Counted from the first letter of the stretch, positions 25,943-39,335 are shown. The stretch is DNA of 64,000 bases from Chrysemys picta bellii (GCF_011386835.1 NC_088796.1:7378001-7442000); one strand, 5' to 3'. The notes: generated by a model from the letters alone, not told the origin. A program made the numbers and translations.

Positions 25943-27685
25943 AATCATAGAAATGCAGGGCTGGAAGGGACCTTGAGAGGTCATCAAGTCTAGTCCCCTG
26001 TGCTGAGGCAGGCCCAAGTAAACCTAGACCATCCCTGATAGGTCTTTGCCCAACCTGTTCTTAAAAACCACCAATGATGGGGATTCCACAACCTGCCTTG
26101 GAAACCTGTTCCAGAGCTTAACTACACCTGTAGTTGTGACATGATGCCCCATATTCTTCATAAAAATATTGTTATAATATGAATATGGCATAACTAAGAT
26201 ATGTTTGATGCAGGATGGTTCATGTGAGATATCAGTGGAAAGGTTATAATGTACTGACTATGATTATCCTATTTGTATGCATGTATCTTTTTTTTTAATC
26301 TAAAGTGAGTAATATTGACTATGTAACAATTACAATTGGGTTTCCATCTGGGGAACGCTCACCAGACAGAATGCAGTCAGTCTGGATTGGCCATTAGGGA
26401 GAACAATCGGACTTTGAAGATGCTAATCTCCCATCTTCCTGAGAAGTCTTCCTGAGGACTTATTCCTGCTTTGACACTGTAGGGTCATGTGATCATGTCA
26501 CCTGGTACTGGATTCCATCTTGGACTACTAGTATTTTTCAACAAAGGGGGTGGGGAGCAAACTGGGAAACAAAGGATTGCCGACATATGTAAATCCTATT
26601 TAAGGCAAGGAAGTGAGTTAATGAGGGTCGCTTCTTCACTGAATCCCCACCCAGGATGACTGCTGAAAATACCTTAGACTGATTTCGGGAAGAAAGGACT
26701 GGACCCAGTGTAGAAGGTGTCTGGCCTGTGAAAGGAATACCTGGAGTTCTAAACTGCAAGCAAGAACAGTTTGTCTTCAAGAAACTCTGCAATCTGCCAT
26801 TAAACAACATTTAGGGGGAGAAGTTACTCCTTGTAGCCAGTTTCTTTACTGTATTAAGATGAGTTTGTGTCTTTGCTTTATTTGCTCAGTAATCTACCTT
26901 GATCTGTTTGCTATCCCTTAAAATCTATCCTTTGTAGTTAATAAACTAGTTGTTGTTTTCTCTAAACCAGTTTGTGCAGTTCATAACTGGGGGGGGGGGG
27001 GGGAGAAAGCTGTGCATACCTTCCTCCACCTTGAGGGAGGGAGCGAATTTCATGAGCTTACGCTGGACAGTGTGTACTGGAGGAGGCTTGAGGGCCTGGC
27101 TCAGCAGGGCAATGTAAGGGAACCCAGACTGGTGTAACTGGCAGGCTCAATGTTACTCCAGCACATCAGGTGGCACCCCAGAGGGTGGGGGAAATACCTC
27201 ACAGTAGTTAAAAAGTTTTTTTCCTTGCTGCAGACTAAGCCCATTACTACTTGTCATACCTTGAGTAGACATGGACAGCAATCACTCTGTTCTCTTTATA
27301 ACTGCCCTTAACATATTTGAAGACTTATCAGGCTCCCCTCACTCTTCTTTTCTCAAGACTAAACAGGCCCAGTTTTTTTAACCTTTTCTCATCGGTCAGG
27401 TTTTCTAAATCTTTTATCATCTTTGTTGCTCTCCTCAAGGAATCTCACAATTTGTCCACATCTTTCCTAAAATGTGGTGCCCATAATTGGATACTGTGCT
27501 TCATCTGAGGCCTCACCCGGGCCAAGTAGAGTGAGACAATTACCTCCTGTGTCTGACATATGACACGCCTCTTAATATACCCCAGAATATTATCCTTTTT
27601 CGTAACTTCATCACATTATTAACTCATATTTAATTTGTGATCCACTATAAAACCCAGCTCCTTTTCAGCAGTACTACCACCTGGT
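25943..27685 (-). mobile_element. CR1 LINE 3' fragment split by a solo LTR (pieces 25943-26134 and 27204-27685)
   Basis: AATCATAGAAATGCAGGGCTGGAAGGGACC tail; CR1 sequence resumes in register after the LTR. Confidence 0.88.
26135..27203 (+). mobile_element. Solo LTR
   Basis: TGTGA...TCACA termini, perfect 5-bp TSD GTAGT (26130-26134, 27204-27208), TATTTAA at 26597, AATAAA at 26940; 1069 bp. Confidence 0.9.
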
Positions 27686-27686
27686 C

Positions 27687-28232
27687 CAGAGGTTAGCAAA
27701 CTTTTTGGCCCAAGGGCCACATCTGGGAACAGAAAATGTATGGTGGGCCAAGAATACTCACTAAATTGGGGATGAGGTGTGGGGCGGGTGAGGGCTCTGG
27801 CTGGGGGTGCGGGCTCTGGGGTGGGGCTGGGAATAAGTAGTTTGGTGTGTAGGAGGATGTTTTGTCCTGGGACTGAGGGGTTCAGAGGGCGTAAGGGGAA
27901 TCAGGGCTGGGGCAGAGGTTGGGGTGCAGGAAGGGGTGCAGGCTCTGGCTGGGGATGCAGGCTCTGGGCTGTGGCTGGGGATGAGAGGTTTGGGGTGCAG
28001 AAGGGTGATCTGGGCTGGAATTGAGGTGTTTGGAGGGTGGGAGGGGGATCAGGATTGGAGAGCGGGGAGAGGCTTGGGGGTGCATGCTCTCGGTGGCCCT
28101 TACCTCAAGCAGCTTCCGGAAGCAGTGACATGTTGCTTCTCTGGCTCCTACACGGGGGTGTGGCCAGGCAGCTCTGCACGCTGCCCCGTCCGCAGGCACC
28201 GCCCCTGCAGCTCCCATTGGCTGCGGTTCCCA
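27687..28232 (+). mobile_element. hAT-type non-autonomous element, 3'-truncated, G-rich subterminal repeats
   Basis: Starts CAGAGGTTAGCAAACTTTTTGGCCC; repeated GGGCTCTGG(C/G)/GGGGTGCAGG units; right TIR not found. Confidence 0.6.
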
Positions 28233-28634
28233 GACCCACAACCTGACACTTGCTGGACCCCACTATATGTGCTCTTTCAGTTTGACAGCAAACCAAAAAT
28301 GGATGTATAAAGTTAGAATCCTAAGTTCATATATAGCTATTTAAATATGTGGCCTGATTTTCAAGAGTTTCAAGTCCTTCTAGTCAGTGGTAGCTGCTGC
28401 AGGCTTAGGAATTTTGAAAATCAGGTTGTTACTAGCAAATGCTTTTTGAAAATGTTGGCGTGTCACTTTTTTAGACAAGGTGCCATGTTTGACATCCTCC
28501 ATAAAATATAGCAATTCCCTCATTGTTCCTGGGCTAGTGTTCACCATGGATGTTTAACTGGTGTGGACAAGGTCAGTTGAATTCAGAATTCATTGTAGCA
28601 AATTGTGTTTTTTGCTTGATAGAAGCAAATCTGT

Positions 28635-28750
28635 AGAATTGTAGATTTTAAGGCTGGAAAGGACCATTATGATTTGCTGCTCTGACCTCTTGCATAGCGC
28701 CAGCTATATAATTTTACCCAGCAATTCCTGCCTCAAGCCCAGTAACCCAT
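28635..28750 (-). mobile_element. CR1 3' tail fragment
   Basis: GTAGAATTGTAGATTTTAAGGCTGGAAAGGACCATTATG..TCTGACCTCTTGCATAG. Confidence 0.65.
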
Positions 28751-28912
28751 GATGTATAACAGGCTTTACTGCAGTGAGTGTTGGCCTTCTTTGACCCTGC
28801 CTGCATTAGAGGGACATCTGTTTTCAACATCAGTTTGGGAGCGATAGAGGTGAGGGATATTGTGAGAACACACGCATTGTGTTTCACACTGAGTGTCAAA
28901 CATGCCAGATTT

Positions 28913-29160
28913 TCAAGTACAGACATGCCCCCACTTGCTGAGCCACCGTTTTATATTCCCTCTGCTAATTTTTTTCTGTTCCTTACTATTATGTCTAATT
29001 TCTTTCTTTTCTGCTGCTTCTTTCCTCTGTTTCTCCATCATGGTGTAGTCCGTACTAGAATACATGCTCCCCAGCAACCGTTTTTCAGCCACCATCAGCT
29101 TTGGCATGCCACAGAGAGGAAGGTAGAGCTGGCCAGTACACAATCTGTACAGACACAAAC
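28913..29160 (-). pseudogene. Possible ancient RTE-clade LINE RT C-terminal fragment
   Basis: KLMVAEKRLLGSM...KEIRHNSK..KI...KRWLSKWGHV resembles the RTE KLxVxxRxMxxxM...IR..SK..DI....K..KWxWAGHV pattern; similarity judged by eye. Confidence 0.35.
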
Positions 29161-29559
29161 CTGGATGGAAAATATTTGGTCTTGCAGATCAAGGTCTGAT
29201 CTTGCAGAGCTGCAGTGACTTGCAACATTGAGAGCCTCCCTCTTCAGAGTTGCTTCCATCTAGCTTATTTGGTGTAAGGGGAGTGGAAGGCTTTGGAGAC
29301 TGGAAAGGAATAAAGAGCTTTTACCCTGGAGGGCTCTGAAAGTCATTCCTATATCAGCTGAGTGGTCAGGAGCCTACATGAAATGTCACATTTGCCATCC
29401 TGGTTACAGTCTCAGCAGAAATGTCTAGGAGGCACTGGGCACAGACATTGAACTAACCTCTCTCCTGTTAGTAGGCAAGGGGTGGAACATTTTGCATGAG
29501 CAGTTGCCGTGAGGCACTTGGTCTACAGGTAAGTAAAGATCTCAGTTTTCAGTGCTGCC

Positions 29560-29649
29560 AATCATAGAATCATAGAATATCAGGGTTGGAAGGGACCTCA
29601 AGAGGTCATCTAGTCCACCCCCTGCTCAAAGCAGGACCAATTCCCAACT
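29560..29649 (-). mobile_element. CR1 (or CR1-tailed SINE) 3' end
   Basis: ATCATAGAATCATAGAATATCAGGGTTGGAAGGGACCTC...GCAGGACCAATTCCCAACT. Confidence 0.85.
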
Positions 29650-29825
29650 TGCATGTGTACCCAAGTTGAGGAGTGTGTTATAGGCCCTCCGCCATGCCCC
29701 TGGCTCAGAGGTGATGAGGCCATGACAGCCTCACCTAGGGTGCTCTCACTTATGCTGTAGCACATTATGCTCTTAGTTCTAGAGGTCCCTGGTTCAATTC
29801 CTGCTGTGTCAGCTAAGAGGGCGGC

Positions 29826-30989
29826 TGTGATGGGTTGGATCACAGAAACCCCCCTGGGAGCTGCCAAATGATGTGCCAAGACTACCTCTGCTCCTGTTTT
29901 CCCTGCCAGCTCAGGAATCCAGCACCCTGTCTTGCTGAGCCGGACACTCCCGTCTGCTCCAACAAAGACTCAGGGTCTGAGTTACTTGCCCCAAAGCTGC
30001 AGGTTAACCTGAAAACAGCTCACAGAAGTGTGCTTGTCTTTAGCACTCAGATGCCCAACTCCCAATGGGGTGTAAACTCAAATAAATCCATTTTACCCTG
30101 TATAAAGCTTATGCAGGGTAAACTCATATATTGTTCGCCCTCTATAACACCGATAGAGAGATATGCACAGTTGTTTGCTCCCCCAGGTATTAATATACAC
30201 TCTGAGTTAATTACTAAGTAGAAAGTGATTTTATTAAATACAGAAAGTAGCATTTAAGTGGTTCCAAGTAGTAACAGACAGAACAAAGTAAATCACCAAG
30301 CAAAATGAAATAAAATGCGCAAATCTATGTCTAGTCAATCTGAATACAGATAATCTCACCCTCAGAGATGCTTTAATAAGTTTTTTCCTCAGACTGGACA
30401 CCTTCCAGGCCTGGGCACAATTCTTTCCCCTGGTACAGCTCTTGTTCCAGCTTAGGTGGTCGCTAGGGGATTCTTCATGATGGCTCCTCTCCCCCTTTGT
30501 TCTCTTCCACCCCTTTATATATCTCTTGCATAAGGTGGGAATCCTTTTGTCCCTCTGAGTTCCCACCCCCTCCTTCTCTATTGAAAGACACCAGGTTAAA
30601 GATGGATTCCAGTTCAGGTGACATGATCACATGTCACTGCAAGACTTCATTACCCACTTGCCAGCACACAGGTATACAGGAAGACTTACAGGTAAAACAC
30701 AGCCATTTGCAGACAATGGTCCTGGTTAATGGGAGTCATCAAGATTCCAAACCACCATTAATGGCCCACACTTTGCACAATTACAATAGGCCCTCAGAGT
30801 TATATTTCATATTTCTAGTTTCAGCTACAAGAGTGGTATATTTATACAAAAAGGATGATCACACTCAGTAGATTATATGCTTTGTAATGATACCTTACAA
30901 GAGACCTTTTGCATGAAGCATATTCCAGTTACATTATATTCACTTATTTTTAAATTTTTATAAAACCATATAGACTGCATAACATCACA
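29826..30989 (-). mobile_element. Solo LTR, same broad family as 26135-27203 in opposite orientation
   Basis: TGTGATG...CATCACA 7-bp inverted termini; TSD GCGGC/GCAGC (CpG decay); shares CAGGTGACATGATCACATG with the reverse complement of about 26484-26505. Confidence 0.88.
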
Positions 30990-32576
30990 GCAGCCATTGC
31001 ACATGGTGGGAGAGACAGCGGGAATATGATGAAAAGAGACGTCCTAACGAGACTGATTATAACAGTTTTTTTCTGTACTCTTAAAAAAAGAAACAATCTT
31101 ACTATGTCACAGTCGCACGTGTGTGAGTGCGAAAAAGCACTGTTCATAAAAATGCTGGTAGGAGCACCCTGGAGAATGAGGCTAGCACAGAGAAGGGCTT
31201 CTCCCCAGCTTCCCAGCACACACTGCCACGCCAAATCTCCTTTAAGACTCTTTATTTTCTTAAAACAGGCAAGTAAACAAACAGAAAACAGTCTTAACTC
31301 ACTCTATAGCCTGATCTATAGATTATGAATAAGAATTCCCAGTTATCACTCTGAGGGTTGACAGGTTCTTGTCCCAAGATCAGGTCCAGTATTATTAAAA
31401 TGATTATATAGTTGGGAATCCCAACATGCATAGTTGCAACACTCACACTATAGGAACTCCTTTATATTTACAAATAAATAATCTATTAATACATTTGGCA
31501 AAGTCACACACACTCTAACTCATATGTAGATAGAGAGAATGCAGAAAGTACATCTGAACATTCATAGTCACACCATCCCTTGCAGAACAACCTGTAATGT
31601 TAGCCATTATCTTCCTCATCACCATCACCTTCCTCATCTTCACCATTGGCCATCATTCTGGGCCTTCTCTCCTACTGCCCAAAGGCTGGGATACCATTTT
31701 TATAATATGTTACACTGATGTTACCATGTCTAATGCATATTCAGTAGAAGTTTCTCACCTCTTCCTTATTTGTATTTTCTCCCCTTATCAATGTTAAGTT
31801 GTCCTTCTATAGGTTAGTATATTTATGATTTCACCCCATTGTCATATACATCAATTCGCTGCCATGGTACTCTTGCAGTTGGATGTGCCGTCCAAAACCT
31901 TCCAGAAGCTGGTGTTAAGTCATGTCTCTGTGGTTGGCTGATGTCATTATGGACAAAAATCCCTCTTACACTCTACTTCCAGTTCCCCAAAACTCATGGG
32001 TTACCTAAGTTTATCTATGCCAAAGATTGTGGGCCTCAAGTGTCATGATAATTGCTGAAGCCAATGTCTTACAGGATACAAGTCTGTAGGTTCCTGGCAT
32101 TACTGCTAAATCTAATAAAGCCAAATATAATGCAAAGCAGTGAATACAATAGAGGTAAGCTGGCCCACAAAGTTGGAGGAGAATAAAGGAAAATTTGTTT
32201 TGCTTTCATTTCATTTTGGGGGTGAGCCAGTCTCCCAGGTATCCCAAAGGTGGGGCAGACTCTGTTCAGGATTGGTCTGAATTCTGAGCTTGAGTCACTT
32301 CTTATTTATATCTGACTGCATTGCTTATTGTCTAAGTTTAGGATATTTAATAGAAGTGGGCGGAGACCACAACCTTCAGATCTAGATTTGCCTTTGGGTG
32401 CTCTATCTGGGGTTTTGGTTCGAGCCCTTGTCTGATATTCAGTCAGGGTTCAATCTGGAAGCCCTCATTCATGCTGGCAAGTATCTTTTTCCAGAAAGAA
32501 TTTCATAAGTTATTGGTTCTACTGATGTAAGTCACCACCCAACAGGAGTAAAGGTAACAGAATCTAATCCTTAGTT

Positions 32577-32892
32577 CAGGGGTTCTCAAACTTCATTGTA
32601 CCATGACCCTCTCTTACAACAAAAATTACTACACCATCCAAGGAGGGGAGACCGAAGCCTGAGCCCGCTCAAGCTTCATTGACCCAGGTCGGGAGGGAGG
32701 GGGCAAAGCCGATGCCCAAGCGCTTCAGCCCCATGCAGGGGGCCTGTACCCTGAGCCCCACCACCCAGGGCTGAAGCCCTAAGACTTCAGCTTTGGCCCT
32801 GGACCCCAGCAAGTCTAAGCCAGCCCTGGCGACCCCTTTAAAGTGGGGTCACAACCCATTTTGGGGTCCTGACCCAAGTTTGAGAACCATTA
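32577..32892. mobile_element. hAT-type MITE
   Basis: CAGGGGTTCTCAAACT / AGTTTGAGAACCATTA; TSD CCTTAGTT/CCTTACTT (7/8). Confidence 0.85.
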
Positions 32893-35024
32893 CCTTACTT
32901 AGTTGCCTTGTTCATTGCGTGAGAAGTGTCACCTTACAAAATCACATGTCCAAAAGGTGGTCTCAATTGAAGCCATCAAATGGGGCAGCTGGGTGTTCAC
33001 CAAATATTTTTAGAAGCAGGCCCACATCTCTAAATAGCTCCCGCAACAAAATGTCATTAGACACATACCCAGCCACTTCTAGATCATGGAGCTGTGAGAC
33101 TTCACCTCTCTGCCCAAGCTTTCCGAAACAATAAAGACCCTGATTTAGCAAGGGACTTAAGCATGTACCTAACTTTAAGCATGCAAATTTTCCTATTGGC
33201 TTAAAATTAGGCATATGCTTGCATACACCTGGCTGATTTGGAACCTAAAACCTGATTTCCTTAGCTGAGGAATAAAGTTGCAGGCAGCAGGGTGTTGGGT
33301 CTCGCTTAGTGAGATCTTGAATGTGTTGGAAGGCATTCAGATATGACGGGTGATGATAAAGGCTTGTAGCAATAAGAAATAGTAATAGTGATACCTGATT
33401 CATGCAAGTGTATCTGTATACACCAACACAGGTGTATGTTGTGTGCACGAAAATCTGCGGTAACCAGTTTCCGCAACAATTTTGCAAGGTGGAAAATTCC
33501 ACCTTAGCATTTACTATTGTATCCACAAAATCACTGAGACAGGAACCCATTGACTGTTCCATGCTGGGCATACCATTGGAAACAGGACGTCACAGACACG
33601 GTGGATGGATAACATTCTACCGACTTTATACAGCTGTATCCACCGAGTCTCCAAGTGCACCTTTTAGAACTTTGATCCTGTTGAATACGCTGGATAGCTG
33701 AGTTTTCAAAACATATTCATCACCAGCGGAGCTCTATGCTCTGTTGATTGGGCTGCCTACGTTTTCTGATCATGCTGTGAACTTTAGTGGATGAAATTTT
33801 ATACATAATCATGCTGCATTCTTTGCTGATTGAGCTGCCTGTTATCACTGTTTATATAGCTATTACATTCTGTGCTTGCTAGTCCAGTTTCTGGCTGGTT
33901 TCCCCCTCCCCCTACCCCAATATATTATGCAAAATAAACTGAACAGGAATTAGAGTATTTCCAACCTGCTGTGTCTTCAGAATCTCAGATAGCAAAATGC
34001 TTAGGTTTTCTTTCAAACAGTAGGATAAACGTTTCTCCAAAGATTGACGCCGCTGGTTATGGAGAGCTTGTGCCACTTACTATATGCAAAATAGAGAGAT
34101 TTACAAAGCAACTGATTGCATCTTTATTTGCTTTATCAAAGAATCTAAAACCATAGCTAAAACTACAGAAAATGCACTTTAATGGTCTTAAAACAAATGA
34201 TATCCTCAACGGATTTGTCGACAGCTTAACACATAAGCTCAGGCAGCTGAAGTGAAAGCATCTGCGATTTCCACTGCTAGTCTATGCACCTTAATAAGGA
34301 AAAGATTAAAAAGTTCAGTGCCTGAATGGCACAGCTTGGTCAGCGGAGTTTTGCAGCTGAACAAGTGTTGTCTACGCAGCTGGCTTTGCCAAAAATAAAT
34401 AAATAAGGGGAATGAATAAGCTAGAGCTGCAAAATATGAATCTTCCCTAATAATAAAATATGCAAAAATGATAGTAAACTCGCTCCATTTATTAAATTAA
34501 ATTATGCATCTCAATCAGCAAAGTGTGCAACAACCACACTCCAGAAAGGCGTCGCTAAATCAAGGGAAGACACAGCCCAATCAGGAAAATTTAACAACTT
34601 GATCATTAAATTAGGCAACGCTACCAGCACTGAGGTAAATAAAAAAGTACCAGATGAAATGTGGATTCTGATCAGTGCAGCCCAAAATAAAAGGGGAAGA
34701 AAGCAGGAATCGCTAAACAGTTGTTTTCCCACTCGGTCAGATCCTCAGCTGATGTAAATTGGAGGAGCTCCCATATAGTCCATGAAGCAGTGTCTGTTTA
34801 TATCAGATGAAGATCTGGTCAAGTAATTTTTGTTGTAACCGATTTTTCTTATTTATTATCATGATAGTGCATAGGAACCTCACTCAAGGATCAGATCCCA
34901 TTGCACGAGGCGCTATACAGATAAGTAACAAAGAAACCAGTTCCGCCTCTAAGTTGCTCGCAATCTGTCTTTTGTCTTTCTACAAACTATTCTCTAACGC
35001 CATCAAAAGCTTGATTCAGGGAGC

Positions 35025-35110
35025 CACTTGGTGAAATTCTATCACCTATGTTATGCAGGAAATCGGACTAGATGATTGTAATGGTCCTTTCTGGCCTTAA
35101 AACCTATCTG
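35025..35110 (+). mobile_element. CR1 3' tail fragment
   Basis: GCAGGAAATCGGACTAGATGATTGTAATGGTCCTTTCTGGCCTTAAAA. Confidence 0.65.
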
Positions 35111-35809
35111 TCCACATGGCATAGGGTGTAAGGCTGGAATAGGAGGGCGAGGGGACATAATTTAGCAGGAAAGGTTCTTTCCCCACTGTGTGGAGGAGTT
35201 ATACAATTCCTGCCCCCCCCCGTTAGTCAGGATGTGTTGCAGGGGGAGCTTAATAAATCTAGGAACTTCCTGGCCAGGGAGTTCTCTAGTTACTGCTTAA
35301 GGCATGCCTGGTTTTGTTTGTTCTCACATTGCTTCGTTGCCTTCATCCCATTGTAACTGTTGGCCCTCTCTTGCCTCATGCATACCTAATCCCTTATGTA
35401 AGCTGCACCTGAGACTGTGGCAACGTTCCATAGTTACGCAGCACCCACACCAGATTTCCAGGGAGAGGCCGAATTTTCAGACTCCAAAGGAAGTAGGAGC
35501 AGGCGCTTTATTATTGCAAGACCAATACTGCTCTGATCAAAGCCAATGGGAAGTTTTCCATTGACCTCAATGGGAACAGGTTCAGGTCATACAAATCACT
35601 CAAGGCACAATCCTGCAATTTAAGAGGCCCCGTTTAGTTCAGTGGGACTGCCCACATGAGGAAGGACTGAGTACATGAATAAAAGTTTGCCAGGTGCTCA
35701 GATACTATGGTGAGTGACAGAGTATCCCTATCAGTAGATTAGATAGCCCTCTTAGAGCATGCCAAGTTTACAAGGAGCAATACAAACACACGGCAATCCA
35801 TGGTTACTG

Positions 35810-36056
35810 TTTTTCTGTTGGTCGTACCTACAGGCCTCAGCTGAGATCAGCACCCCATTGTGCCAGGCACTGTACACACACCAACAGTCCCTACTCCAAA
35901 TAGCTAAGTCTAAATAGATAAGACAGAGAAAGGGTGGAGAAGAACACAGAGGCACAGAGAGATGAAATGACTTGCCAAAGGTGGCACAGCTGGTCAGTGG
36001 CAGAATCATTGGTGAGGGCAGGCCCAGTGTCCTATCTGCTGGACCACACTCCCTCT
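35810..36056 (-). repeat. CORE-SINE (MIR-like)
   Basis: GAGGCACAGAGAGATGAAATGACTTGCCAAAGGTGGCACAG antisense core plus tail. Confidence 0.65.
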
Positions 36057-36936
36057 CCACGCCATACCTGACTCATTAGACCATGATGCCTCCTCAGTTA
36101 TCCTTGTCTAGCACTTAGTGGTTTCACCCAAGAGTGATCTCTCTTACATGGGGTCACTCATAAAAATAAATAATCTTTGCTGTTGGCAGAGACAAAGCAC
36201 CAGCCAAGCTAAGCACCACATAGCGCTCTTCCATGCTTGTTTGGCACCACGCCTCCTCCTTGCGATTATTAACTTCCTAGCATTCTGGAATACTCTCCTC
36301 ATTATCTCGACTGTCTCTGGGCCACAGGCTGGAACTCCAGTCCTCCGATTATCCCTTAGTGGCTGGATAGATAGCTCACTTCCTTCCCTCTGGCAACAGG
36401 CAGCTATTGTTGTTCTGTCTCTCTCAACAGTGGCTTAACCGTTCATATCCATGCACTGCTTAACTTGACTTCAGCTCATTAAAACAAAGAACTTTAGACT
36501 GAGCCACTCCTCGTGTGGAGCTGCAGCTTCTGGAGGAGAGACACAGGTGGGAGATGGTTCAGCGCTGGTTCATGAGCCTAATCAACCTCCTGGGTATTCC
36601 TCAAAGAGGCGTGTTTGGTTGTTTTTTGCCTGCTTATTAGGACTGCATGTGACCACTTTCAGTTCAAGCCCTGACCTTTGTCGGGAATTCCATGCCGCTG
36701 GGTTTTATTTTGACTTCAGTCCCTTGGCCTAAAACGTCCTTTCCTGGACCTAACCGGTCTCCTTGGATCCTAACTCACCTGCCTGCATCCATCTGTCTCC
36801 TTGTAGGTCCCTGAAAACTTCCATGCAGCTGCTCCTTTCTACCCAACACAATGCAATTTAAGTGTTTATAGTGCATTCATCAATGTGGCATTTAGGTCCT
36901 GATTCCTCTCTCTTGAAACATTGCCTGATGCAGGGC

Positions 36937-38569
36937 TGTGCCAGAATACATCTGTATCCATACCCTGCGCACTATTGTAATAATCTCTGTACAAATTATG
37001 CCTTGCAAGGAATCATTTGGAAAAAAAATAGAATTTGCTTGTCAGTATTGTCCTGGCAAAATAGGTGTAATAACATTGTATGTGAAGTTATAAGATGCCT
37101 CTTTGTTGTGTTAACAACAGGATCCAAACTCCACAGCCCTGTCCAAACAGAAATTGGCAAACAAAGGAATGTGTGCTCTGCTTTATTTGCATTTAGCCAG
37201 TGAACAGTCATCAACCAGGTAGGGAAACTGTGGAGGCTCAAACTGGTGGGGAAAAGCCAGCAGGGAACATCCTTCCCCATAGACTTTTTGTCTCCTACCT
37301 CCCAGCTGGAAATGTTTTTCAAGCGTGGGACTGAAACTATGGAAAGAAGGGACAAACATGCCACAGGACCCCCCCCCCCCACGCCCCGCCGCCTATTGCA
37401 GTCACTGCACCTGAAGAGAAAAAGGTGTTGGAGTCTGCGGAGGGATCCTGACCTGAGAGTTTGCTCAATAGTCTGGTGAGATTATTGTGGTGAGAAACTC
37501 TGCTTGAATCATAGGGGACCATAAGGATCATCTTCTAGTCTACCCCCCTGCCCCGATACAGGATTTGTTGTGTCTAAACCATCCAAGACAGATGGCTATC
37601 CAGCCTCCTTTTAAAAACCATCAGTGAAGGAGCTTTCACAACCTCCATCAGTAGTCTGTTCCATTGTCCTACAGAGTAAGGAAGTTTTTTCCTGAGATTC
37701 AATCTAAATCGGTTATATTGTAGTTTGAAACCATTGCTTTTTGTCCTGCCTTCTGTGGCAAGGGAGAACAACTTTTCTCCATCCTTTTTATGGCAGCCTT
37801 TCAAGTATTTGAAGACCGCTATCATGTCCCCCCCTTAATCTCCTCTTTTCCATACTAAACATACCCAGTGCCTTCAGCCTTTGCTCATGTGGCTTGCATT
37901 CCATCCCTTTGATCATCTTTGTTGCTCGCCTCTGTATTCTTTCCAGTTTCTCCTCATCCTTTCTATACATTAGTGACGAGAATTGGACACAGTACTCCAT
38001 CTGGATTGGACAGAGTACTCCAGCTGAGTCTAATATAGTTTGTTAAGTTAGGCATTAGTAAATGTCTTATCTTTATTTTCTTGTAACCATTTCTGACTTT
38101 TATGCCTCATTACTTGTACTCACTTAAAATCTCTCTCTTTGTAGTTAATAAACTTGTTTTACTGTTTTATCTAATCCAGTGTGTTTAAATTGAAGTGTCT
38201 GAATAACTATTTGAGATAAGAAGCTGGCATATTATTCCCTTAAGGAGTAACGGACTTTAAATATATGTGTACTATCCAAGAGAAGGCTGGGCAGTACAGG
38301 CTACATTTCTGGGTGGAAATCTGGGACTGGTGGTGTGTTGGGGTCACCCAGCAGTCTAACCATGGCTGGTGAGAGCCAGAGTGTAACCCACGTGTGGCTG
38401 GCAGGCTGCAGGTACATACAGACACTCAGGGTGTGGCTTGCATGCTGGAAGACTGCTTGTGAGTGGCACAGGTGGGAGCTACTTCAACAAGGCATTGTAA
38501 GGCACCCCAGGCTGCAGGGCAGGGTGACATATCTCCCCACTTGTCTGGACTGTACCCTGGTATGTCACA
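36937..38569 (+). mobile_element. Solo LTR interrupted by CR1
   Basis: TGTGCC...GTCACA termini; TSD AGGGC/AGAGC (4/5); AATAAA near 38148; LTR sequence resumes after the CR1. Confidence 0.75.
37506..38028 (-). mobile_element. CR1 LINE 3' fragment
   Basis: ORF fragments [32 protein letters not shown] and MIAVFKYLKGCHKKDGEKLFS. Confidence 0.92.
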
Positions 38570-39024
38570 AGAGCTAAGTTGAGTCTTCCAAAAGCAAGAT
38601 TCCTTGAGCTCCTCTCTTATCATATGGGATAGAATATTACCTGATTCTCTCATTATATTACCTCCTTCTGCTGACAGACCATCCCCCTTTACACTCCCAA
38701 AGCATTCTGATTTGTTTGATCAGGAAAGGGCCGGGCTGCCGGTCCAGTCTTATCCATTTTAACTCTGCCGCTAGTTAAAGGGCAGTAACATGGGACCACG
38801 TTTTTTTTTTTTTTGCTGGTGTAAACTAACACAGCTCCATTTTCAGTGGACCTGCCCCAAGGCAGGTAATTTGCCCGTAATTTTCATATGTATTATCCTC
38901 TAACAATATCACTGGACTGTGCAAGAGAAATCCTGAAAGAAATTAGGAAAACGTGAGTGTTGAAATTCTTTCTCTCCTTTTGTGATTTTGGAAAACAGAC
39001 CAATTTCCTGACGATTCTTTATCC

Positions 39025-39335
39025 CAGGGGTAGGCAACCAATGGCACGTGTGCCAAAGGCGGCACGCGAGCTGATTTTCAGTGGCACTCACATTGCCCGG
39101 GTCCTGGCCACCGGTCCGGCGGGCTCTGCATTTTAATTTAATTTTAAATGAAGCTTCTTAAACATTTAAAAAACCTTATTTACTTTACAAACAACAATAG
39201 TTTAGTTATATATTATAGACTTATAGAAAGAGACCTTCTAAAAACATTAAAATGTATTACTGGCACGCAAAACCTTAAATTAGAGTGAATAAATGAAGAC
39301 TCGGCACACCACTTCTGAAAGGTTGCCGACTCCTG
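39025..39335. mobile_element. hAT-type MITE
   Basis: CAGGGGTAGGCAACC / GGTTGCCGACTCCTG; perfect 8-bp TSD CTTTATCC (39017-39024, 39336-39343). Confidence 0.92.

Noticed and set aside
27770-28090. G-quadruplex cluster as a special element
   Set aside because: Explained by hAT subterminal G-rich repeats; same for 62605-62740 on the minus strand.
29730-29810. tRNA-like B box GGTTCAATTCC
   Set aside because: No intact A box or acceptor stem; at most a SINE remnant.
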